64,000 nucleotides of DNA from Bugula neritina (lineage: Eukaryota; Animalia; Bryozoa): the NCBI GenBank assembly GCA_964035545.1, contig OZ037773.1:4059751-4123750 (forward strand), in the 5' to 3' direction. Below the pieces are notes generated by a model, which saw only the letters and a list, made by a program, of their open reading frames with translations, did not search any database and was not told the origin of the DNA. Made by a program: the position numbers and the translations under genes. Shown here piece by piece: positions 50,375-60,916 of this stretch. Position 1 is the first letter of the stretch, and the number at the start of each line of letters is the position of its first letter.

Positions 50375-53300
50375 TTATGTTAGCTTGTGTTTTAGTGGAC
50401 AGACTTGGGGTATTTCGGGGGGTGAGCCACTGGGCTCAACTTTCTGTTCCTTCATCAGGTTTTCTCTGATCTATAAAGTAACACCCAATAAAAAAAATGT
50501 ATTCATTCTCAATTCTACCTGATAAACAAATACATGTATGGCAGTACTTTGGCATATGAGTTGCCTAGTTCAAAGCAAAATGCATTTGATAAGCATATTA
50601 CTTATACACATATTCAGTTGGTGGCTAGATTTGTTTCTCATGACAAAAAAATTTCTTGTGGTTGCCATTATTTTATCGCAAGTCGTTCCAAGCCACCTCC
50701 TTAAATAAATAACCTACTAAGATAACACAAGCCCTTATTAAATAGAGAACATGTGAATGTATCAGTACATACATTGCCATGGTCCTTAATCACTTGTTTT
50801 ACAGTGTCTAGGGGCCCCTGTCCAGAGCCCGCACTCTTCACCACCTTGTGGCAGATGTCCTTCAGGAGAGTCTGGTTAGCTTCGTTCAGTCTTCGTTCTT
50901 CATTCATGATAGCCTTCAGTTTATCATTCTCTGCCTGTGAGATTGAGTCAAAGTCTACAGTTAGTCTAGGTTCAGGATCACATCAACATCGTTTATCATC
51001 ACTACTAGTTTTACATTTCATTTATGTAAATACTGCATGTGTTAGGATTTTATACCAATTTTTTAAAGTTTGGTATTTGCTAAGATAAGCTATCAAATCC
51101 CACTACAAAAAGTAAGTGTGAGTGACAGATAGTGTAGGCAGCACTAGTTGCATGAATCAACACTAACTGATTCACAGCTAGTAGCAAGTCACTGCTAGTG
51201 GTGATTCATCAGGTGCTTATTAAATGACTCTGCAAATTAATAAACCTACTGCATTAGTCAACTATTATACCCGCTACCCAACAGGACAAAGTGGAGATAG
51301 GTGAGAATAGAATTAGTCAACTATTATAGCATGACAATAGCATATTATCTAGACACTGAGTGTAGTAGCAATAAATGTCCTATTTAATACCTTAGCCTCA
51401 GTGAGTATTCGGTCTGCCCCTGCCTTCTTTAATTTGAGAGCCAAGTCTATGCCCACTTTCTCTGCCCTTTCTAGTGTGTCATGGGGCAGGTTTCTGGCTA
51501 TGATGCCTGAGAAATATGGACAGTCTTTGCGTTTCACGGACAGGTATCTTCAACAACAAAGAGTTTGATAAATATATGACCTAAAGAGGAATACTAGGCA
51601 AATTAAACAAACCTAAACATGCCAATTGTGGTGTAATGAAACACAGGGTCTGCCGCAAACTAACAACTTGATAACTGAATTTATGGAGAGCCAGGTGTGT
51701 CCTAGGAACGGATGGTGCAATCAAACCCTTGTAAACATTTTCGACATCCTACATTGTAATTAATCTGCACAGTTGCCTGAAATATCACACAAGTTAGAGC
51801 GTCATCCTTTCCAAAGAATGTAATTGTTAGTTAGCAGACGATCTTACATCTAAGCACATATGTTGCAATCTCAAAACAAAAGACTCAGATGGGGGGGGGG
51901 GACATTGCATAGCCCTAAAGTCTCATTTATTGTTAATTATCTGTAAATTGTGAGCAAATGTGTGAATATGTGTATCAGGTACTGGTTCATTAGACTGAAT
52001 GACTTATCATATAACATCCAGTATCTATCTAACTACAATAAATGAGAAGAGTTCACAATGCTAACAACCATCATACTATGACAACAAATTAACACAATAT
52101 GCTACCACTCTGGTGTCACAAACACATGCTGGTAAACCGTGAACCTCACCTGCTACTGATGGCTTCCGGAGGCAGCTTATGACCTTGAGCGACCTCGGCG
52201 TAAGGGCAGCTCAATCTTCTCTTGCGTTTACTTTCAGGTTCTCCTGTATCTCCATTTTGGTGGTCTGCTGCATCTTTGGTGGCGCTACTCGTCCTGTAAG
52301 TATATCAGTATGAGAGGTGAACACAACTCCAAGAGAATACAGTGAAGTACTTTTTTAGGAGAATGGAATTTAATGGCATGAAACGAGGGACATTGAATGT
52401 GATCAGAATTAGACGAGCATTAAGTTTACTCTAAGCCTAGGGCCACACTGTGCGTATTTTCGCATGCGAAAATTGAAATCGCAAGTAGCAAAGGTGTCCA
52501 CTGCATGCGTTGAGAAAACATTCGCACTTGTCGCTCAGCATTCTCAACGTCGCCACCTAATTGGCTGGTAGTTATTCAGCGAGCCCAATTTCTTTATTTT
52601 AGTGCCACATTCCAGTAAATTGCGTTTTATTGAAAGCGAGTGCGATTTAATAATGAAAGCTTTATTTATCCCGCATCACTGACGCTACAGTGGACACCTT
52701 TGCTACTTGTGGTTTCAATTTTCGCATGCGAAAATACGCACAGTGTGACCCTAGGCCAACAGTTGTTTGAAAGAGGATAACTTCTAGATATTATAGTTTG
52801 ACAAACAAAGTTCTGCACACTTCAACTAAAAGTAAAAAAGTAACCATCTTAATAGATGAAATACAGGAACTCTGTCAGTCATTTAAATCAACTATGAATG
52901 TATATAATATGAACTCAGCAAAACTGTACTGCTATTTTATATTCCACATAATTTTGTATACTAGAAATGTCGCCTCAAATGCCTTCAAATTAACATGCAA
53001 TGTAACACATAACAGACACTTCCAATAAATACAAACTCAGTTTATGACCAGTTGACAAGCTGCTGAGTAGTTGATAAGCTGCTGAGTAGTTGACAAGCTG
53101 CTGACTAGTAGATAAGCTGCTGAGTAGTTGATAAGCTGCTGAGTAGTTGATAAGCTGCTGAGTAGTTGACAAGCTGCTGACTAGTAGATAAGCTGCTGAG
53201 TAGTTGATAAGCTGCTGAGTAGTTGATAAGCTGCTGACTAGTTGATAAGCTGCCGGTGAAGAAGAACTTACGGTGCTGACTCAGAGGGAACATCAAGCCG

Positions 53301-56300
53301 AGCAGCTTCTTCTAGAATTATGCTCTCTGAGCCGTCAAGACTGAACACTCCGCCTCTCAGTAGCAGGGAGTTGCCTTCTTCAGCCACCTGCAAGATTACA
53401 ATCTGAGTATACAGTACATTATACACAGTATATACACAGTACATTATACACAGTATATACACAGTACATTATACACAGTATATACACAGTAAATTATACA
53501 CAGTATATACACAGTACATTATACACAGTCTATACACAGTAAATTATACACAGTATATACACAGTACATTATACACAGTCTATACACAGTACATTATACA
53601 CAGTATATACACAGTACATTATACACAGTCTATACACAGTAAATTATACACAGTATATACACAGTACATTATACACAGTATATACACAGTACATTATACA
53701 CAGTATATACACAGTACATTATACACAGTATATACACAGTACATTATACACAGTATATACACAGTACATTATACACAGTATATACACAGTATATACACAG
53801 TACATTATACACAGTATATACACAGTACTGTAGCTGTATGCAGAGGTACAGTATATACACATTACTGTGTATGTACAGTAAACAGTACTACTAGCAAAGC
53901 AGTGAGCACAACATACAGTGGATAACAATAAATGACAATTTAACACAGACAGCCTGCTGTTAGCTCATTAAATGACACTTGGTATTCAATTGTAGAAACA
54001 TCAAGGGACTCTAACAGCTGTAAACCACATCTGGGGCCAGCAATGAAATATTCCAACTAAGAGAATACTAACTAACATACTGGAGATTCTGTCGCACCCC
54101 AAACCAAAATTTATTAAAGAAAATTAGAGAATTCAGGCTGTCCTAATTCTTCTACTAACTGCACCCGAGTGGAAGACTCGGCCAGTGAACCACACTCACC
54201 TTGGAGAACACAGCTATGGGGACACTACATCCACCCTCCAGTGTCCGAAGCAATGCCCTCTCGGCTAGACAGCGTATTAGAGTCTCTTTGTGACTGAGCC
54301 TGGACAGCAGCTCCAGCGTCTCAATGTCAAATGATCTGCACTCGACGGCCATTGCTCCTTGAGATATGGCGTACATGCAGTTACCTTCGTCCAGCACCTC
54401 CCCCACTCTGGAAATTAGACAATTGTATTGTAAGCTGATTGGATAGAAATTGCAGAAAGGATTATTAACTTTGATTTATCATTAGGAATTCTTTTGATGC
54501 TAAAAACTTATTCATAACTGCAATTCTTCAGTCTTATAAAAGTAACTTTACATTATATCAAAAGTGACAACATGATTATTATATGAAAACATTCATTTAC
54601 ATTTTTATTAGTACTACTGAATTAAATAAATGTATTAGTCTACCACAATGGTCTCATGACACTATATCACTAGTATTATGACACTGTATTACTAGTATTA
54701 TGACACTGTATTACTAGTATTATGACACTGTATTACTAGTATTATGACACTGTATAACTAGTATTATGATGCCATATAACTAGTATTATGACACTGTATC
54801 ACTAGTATTATGACACTGTATTACTAGTATTAAGACACTGTGTAACTAGTATTATGACACTGTATCACTAGTATTATGACACTGTATAACTAGTATTATG
54901 ATGCCATATAACTAGTATTATGGTAACAAAAATAATCACCTCTCTGACCAGCCCATCCTGTCCAAGCCGGCCTCAGCTAATATAAGCGCGTCGTAAATAC
55001 CGTTTGCAGCGTCCAGTTTCCTCAGCCTGGTGTTCAGATTTCCCCTCACGTCTGCAAACTAATAGAAAGAGAATAAACATCATGTGACCACCTCCTAGAC
55101 TGTGTCCTGGGTCACCTAGACTGTGTTCTGTGACTACTATATAGACTGTGCTCTGTGAGTACTATATAGACTGTGGACCAATACATTATGTGATGACCTA
55201 GTGAAACTTTAAAACACATTTTATATACTACAGCACACATGATGATAAATTAATATTTAAAATCAGCTCAAGACGTCAAAATCTGCTGGAGACTAGAAAA
55301 GCTTTTGTTGAACAACTAAACTAATGTAAGGTAGAGTATGAAACACCATGCCATGACATACCTTCAAGTGGGGGTAGGCCCTCTTTATCTGTGCAACCCT
55401 TCGTAATGAACTGGTGCCTATGACAGAGCCCTCAGGCAACTCTGATAAACTCATCTTCTGTCCAGCATATTTAGTGGAGGAGAAGACAACTGCATCATAT
55501 GGACTGTCCCTATGCAATACTGCTCCTATGGCCATGCCTACACATAGAAACTGTAATATGAGCTGTCCACATGTAATACCATACCTATGACTACATTCAC
55601 ACAGAACATGTTGCAACAACTGCCTTATACTTATGTTTGTTATATAGTATAATAAGTGTGTAGAGTAAACACAAGTGTGTGACCACTCTTTCAGCCAGTA
55701 CCCAGGCAATACTGCTCCTACTAACGCAGACACACCAACGGTCACATCCTTAAACACCCAATCAGTCCAACAACCTAAGCAGTTACTCATTTATTTGATC
55801 TATCACTATTCATTCATTGCTAAAATGTAAATTTAAATGCAAGTTGCTGAAGTTCCTAAATTAGACTACGTACGTACAAGATAGGGAACTCATGCTATAC
55901 ATTACATCATGCATCCGCATCAATTGCTCAGAATAATTTATAATCACCTATGAAAGTGTAGAAATATAATTTAAGCAGTTGCAACAAATAACATAATTTG
56001 AATGCTTGCGTAAAGTGAACTAGGAAGGAAGTGAGCCGTGACCGAATAGTAGTTGATGGAATAGTGACTAAGCATGATTAATCATTCACAGTCCATTGAC
56101 ATCATCAAGTGTATAAGATGGCTACGTAAGCTAAGCTCTTCCTTACATCTCATGTGCACTGTTAAATTCAAGGAATTAACAAATGCCAGCAACCCTCAAC
56201 CTAACACCACGTTCTGTAGGTGCACATTGATTAGCCACAGTACATCTGATACGTTTATTTCAACTGGCAGCACATTTCAGCAGCTGCAACAAACTACCCT

Positions 56301-58034
56301 GGGCAACATATTGAGCATCTAATTGAGAAACTCCTTCTGCTACAGCCTAGGTAAGGAACCACGGTGCACAGGGACTAATGCTGGATACAGAGTCAATCTG
56401 ATAGCTACCACACACTGTAGGCAGTTGGAGAGGACAACTTCTACTGTAAACTTAGGTCCACATCATATATTTAGAATTGAGTCTAAAGTTGAGTAAGTGA
56501 CTACATCACAGACAGACAGGCAGACATACAGACAGACTATGAAGGGCAGGTTTAATGTGTTGCAAGCAATGACATTTCTGAAATAGGTTGTCACAGCGGG
56601 CAGCATGTCTGCCTGTCTCATCACATGACCTGGATCAGCAAGGAGTGAAGAGGAGAGACACGGTGACCTTATGACCCTTAGGGTGTCTGGCCATGATTCA
56701 GGGGAAGCTGACTAGTTCAGACACTTTAACTCTGTATTACACCAGAGCTATGTTATCCAAGTCAGGAGGGAAACTGACCTGAGAGGAGGGAGGAGGGTGG
56801 ATGGTAGGACTAACCTGAGGGGAAGAGTGGATGGCACACTAACCTGGGGGGAGTGTGGATGGTAGATCCTTGAGCGAGTGCACGACTATATCAACTTTGA
56901 GATCCTCCAGAGCGATCTCCAGCTCCTTTGTGAACAGACTCTTCTCTCCAATCTTACTCAGGGGCTTGTCTAGGATCTGGTCTCCCTGTGTACTTATAGT
57001 GATGACCTTGAACTCTCTGCAACACCACGTCATACAGTAACACATGTATACGTCATATAGTAATTCATGTATACTATATACAGTAATTCATGTATACTGT
57101 ATACAGTCATACATGTATACTGTATATAGTATACATGTAATACTGTATACAGTATTACATGTATACTATATACAGTAGCACTTGTATACTATATACAGTA
57201 ACACTTGTATATGCTATATAGTAACACATGTATACATTGTATAGTAATACAAGCATTCACATACAATAAGCCTACATACAATGCATACATTACTGAAACG
57301 CAGCTCACCAAGCCAAATATGTCATAATGCACACAACTACACTTCAATAGAGGCAGGTTAAAAGTATTCCTAACCACACAAAGTGAAATTAGGATAATTC
57401 CTGATGAGAAATGCTAGTCAACTGCCAATAGCTGCATTTCCTTTGTAAGGGGTTAGTTGCCAGGATATCTCTAGTAGTACAGGAAATGATAATTTTAAGG
57501 AAACAACTTCACACACAGGGAGGCAGACTGAAGGAACATTTCCTTAATTAATGGAGACACACCAAGTGGCACGCCAAGTGAATCATATTAATTATAGTCT
57601 AAGCCGCAGAGATTTTAACCGTTTTATTAACAGTATATAGAAGTCCACATAATGAAATTAAAATTTATTAGTTAGTAGTGAGAATCTATCTATCGATTAA
57701 TACTGGTATAAATCTAGCCAATACAAGTTAGACAACTAGTGAGTGTACAGTCAGTCACTAAACTAAACTAGCACTACATTGCCTGCACATTCTGTATCCA
57801 AATAGGGTGGCAGAGAGAAGGTGATGTGCATAAGAATCTCTAAATGTGAATAATGAAACTAGAGCCTGAAACCAGTAGTGAGGATAGCCTGTGGTCTATA
57901 AATACAGTACGTACTCACATGTCAGGGTAGTGATGTTGCAACATATCAACCACTAGATGGGTCTGAACCAAAGCTAATTGACTCTTTCTACTGCCCACTC
58001 TAATAATTTTCTTGTCGCATTCTAATCCGTCCAT
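50375..58034 (-). CDS. HMBS: Porphobilinogen deaminase (hydroxymethylbilane synthase) with extra internal and C-terminal exons
   Basis: Exons 57919-58034 ([15 protein letters not shown]), 56844-57016 ([33 protein letters not shown]), 55362-55537 (GTSSLRR), 54940-55058 ([12 protein letters not shown]), 54200-54407 ([27 protein letters not shown], cofactor Cys), 53272-53387, 52150-52293, 51391-51547, 50773-50934 and 50375-50470. Confidence 0.96.
52435..52756. mobile_element. MITE, 322 bp, PIF/Harbinger-like, in HMBS intron
   Basis: ~75-bp TIRs GCCTAGGGCCACACTGTGCGTATTTTCGCATGCGAAAATTGAAA..GTGTCCACTG / CAGTGGACAC..TTTCGCATGCGAAAATACGCACAGTGTGACCCTAGGC. Flanks TAA / CAA (degenerate 3-bp TSD). 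Confidence 0.9.
53049..53252. repeat. Intronic minisatellite, 19-bp unit GTTGATAAGCTGCTGAGTA
   Basis: About 10 copies starting ~20 bp after the HMBS donor at 53271. Confidence 0.95.
53409..53828. repeat. Intronic minisatellite, 25-bp unit ATACACAGTATATACACAGTACATT
   Basis: About 16 copies ending ~20 bp before the acceptor at 53388. Confidence 0.96.
54657..54921. repeat. Intronic minisatellite, 22-bp unit TGACACTGTATTACTAGTATTA
   Basis: About 12 copies starting ~18 bp after the donor at 54939. Confidence 0.95.
57040..57250. repeat. Intronic degenerate repeat (CATGTATACTGTATACAGTAA-like, palindrome-rich)
   Basis: Tandem copies just upstream of the HMBS exon 2 acceptor at 57017. Confidence 0.85.
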
Positions 58035-59699
58035 GACTACTGGTTGTGGTATATTGATATCTAATCTCTCTTCCACACTCTACCAAATAAATAACATATC
58101 TTAGAAGTATGATGCCATCCTTAGTATAACTTACTAGATAATACAAGAAGATAAGCTACCAAGCCTAAGCTAACTACATTAGGTATACACTGTAGATCAA
58201 TTCTATTCAAGTCCTTGTATCTAAAACACTGGCACATGTCATGTTATTTGAAACACGTTTTTTAAAACACGCATTTTTTTCAAAAAAAGTCAAACTCTTC
58301 TCCTGAAATTGACAATGATCTGAAACCAAAACATGGATATTCAATCAGTAAGAATACAAATACTGTTTACAATTTGCAGCATTTGACAAAATATTTTAGA
58401 TACATAAATGTAAATTTTGCTAAGCTTCAGGTTTTATTTTTGGTTTGGTATTTTGGTTCGACACAAAAGTGTATTATTACAAAAATAAAAAATTTCTCTA
58501 GCTACAGCATTTTGCTAAAACTAGTTTACTATAACAGTGTATTATTAATCTAAACTCTTAAACCGACAAAGGCTAAACAATAATTCTACGAGAACTAATC
58601 GAACTCTCAAATATGAACTGCAGCTATTGATGCAAATGATTTCAACAGTATGAATATTTCTGCATAATAAGAGACAAAATGCTCACTTAGTAAGCACATT
58701 TTTAATTGAAAAATAAAACTAAAAGTTACAAACAGATTTTTATTGGTATTGTGTTTCACCCAAACTTAAAACTATCTATTCCAGTAATAGCTTTCATTTA
58801 TTTATATAAGTTAGAGTACTATATCAATATAGAAGTGATCAAAATGACTATCTTTCAAAAATAGACCAATTTAATCGGGACTTTTTTCAAAATATAAATA
58901 CTGTAAAGTAAATTATAAATATGGGTTAAAATAAGTTGATTGATAGCAAGCATAAATCAACATTTCAATTTCATAGCAAAGTAAAGAACTTTAATCAAAA
59001 GTAACTTTTTAACATATATCTGTAACAACAACAATTATAAATCCAATTTAACGTCCACACTGTCAAAAATAAAAGAATATTATTAGTATAAGTGATACTA
59101 GTGTTATTAGTAGTAACACTTTTATAACTATAATTATATTGTTATTATAACAAAAAATACTTCAACAGTCACTTATATTAATAGAATATTATTATATTAT
59201 TATATTGTATATTATTATAATATTATTATACTCTACACTCTATAGAATAACTTATACTTCATTTTTTTAATCAATCCTAAACTTATAATACTACTAAGAC
59301 TGCAATACTACTATTACTAATACTACTTCTATTTTTAATAACTTAATCCAATTGATACTCTTAGTTCAACTTTCATTTATCCTCTACAAACTTTTTGCTG
59401 CTTACTATTGCCTGATGATACCAAATTCATAAGTCTAGGAAGAGGTTTAACAACATCTAAACACGGCAAAATTTACCAATGAAGGGTAAGGAAAACCCAT
59501 AACCACACAATCATCAATAACCATGAAACATCCACTCATTCACAAAATCAATGTCAGTTTGTGGGTGAGAGAAACTAACTAAATCAGGCGAGAGTAGAGC
59601 TAAAAATGGTTTAAAATAACTTAAAAAAAAACTAAAAAAATTATAATCAAATAAATAAAACTTCAACTTACTTTAGATTTAGTTTGAGATAGGCTCATC

Positions 59700-60545
59700 G
59701 TAACTCTAAAAGCAAAATGAGTAACTGAAATCAGTAATTCTAATACTAATAGTAGTACTAAAAGTTTAATAATAATTGACTGCAGATTGACCATAGCAAT
59801 AGTAATAATACTATTATTGTTAGTATAAGTGTCAATAAATAATAATACTAATATCATTAAATATTTATATTACCATTAGTATTAGTTATTTTTAAAGTAG
59901 AGTCTTACTCCTACTTTTAATTGAAAATCAAAATGCCAAGCAGGTGCCTGGAAGTGAAAACATCAACTTGAACTCACCCGAAATGTGACCAAAAGCATGA
60001 AACTGAGAAAGACACTGACTGTGAGTTTTATACTCAATTTAACAGCAGTACTACTACTAGTATCAATATCATAGTTATACTAATAGACTATTACTAATAG
60101 TAATAGACTATTACTAATAGACTATTACTAATAGTAATAGTAATACTAATACTAATAGTAATACTAATACTAATAGTAATAGTAATACCATCAGTATCAG
60201 TATGACTATCACTGTATCAGTGACTATGAGTATCACTACGATACTGATAGTGACTATGGCATTGACTATCAGTATGAGTATCACTATCAATATCAGTAAA
60301 TTTAATAGTAAATGTAATACTTATAGTTATAGCTTATACTAATGACTAATCACTATCAGTATCAGTATAACCTGTATCACTATCAGTGTATGACTATGAC
60401 TATGAGTATCAGTATGAGTATAGTAATACTAATACCAATAGTAATACTGGTATACAATAATACACTATTACTATTAATAAAATATAAGTATACTATTTTA
60501 ATTTATTAGTCCACTTACTACAATTATAATAATTATAGACTACAA
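59700..60545. repeat. Promoter-flanking degenerate hexamer tract (AGTAAT/ACTAAT/AGTATC/ACTATG), HMBS side
   Basis: agtaatagtaatactaatactaatagtaat...atcagtatcagtatgactatcact...atgactatgactatgagtatcagtatgagt. Confidence 0.85.
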
Positions 60546-60549
60546 CTCT

Positions 60550-60860
60550 CACCTTGAGCTCGAGTTTCTGCTTTCTTGCAGCTGCGGTTAATATTTCCGG
60601 TTTTTATCATGATGCAGCTAATTTTAGGTCTCTGGTAATGAATAGGGATACCCAATCGCCGTTTGGTTTTAGCACTATTGACCAATTGGAAAGCAAGTTC
60701 GTAGCTAACAGCGTCTGATTGATCATCAAAATCTCAATTCATAAAGGACTCACCAGTAATAGCTGTGCCATCCATTGCAGATTCACAGGCTTTCCCCACG
60801 TGTTTAATAGTAGAATAAGCAAAGAATAGGCACGTGCTGATCTTCTAGTTAGTTATTGTT
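60550..60860. promoter_or_regulatory. Putative bidirectional promoter HMBS/DNPH1, with candidate HMBS 5'UTR exon ending at 60553
   Basis: GC-richer island with CCAAT motifs (CCCAATCG ~60651, TGACCAATTGG ~60679), E-boxes CACGTG (~60797, ~60831), ETS-like TTCCGG, and a minus-strand donor AAG|GTGAGA. Confidence 0.6.
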
Positions 60861-60916
60861 AATTTTTTTTACATTTTCGTTTGCTTAGACTCAGACTGAA
60901 ATTGAATTGTTTTAAA

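Noticed and set aside
55690-55730. Duplicated HMBS exon start (VGAVLP, sharing GCAATACTGCTCCTA with 55514-55528) as a mutually exclusive exon
   Set aside because: Only ~15 nt match, with no further HMBS similarity and no convincing donor.
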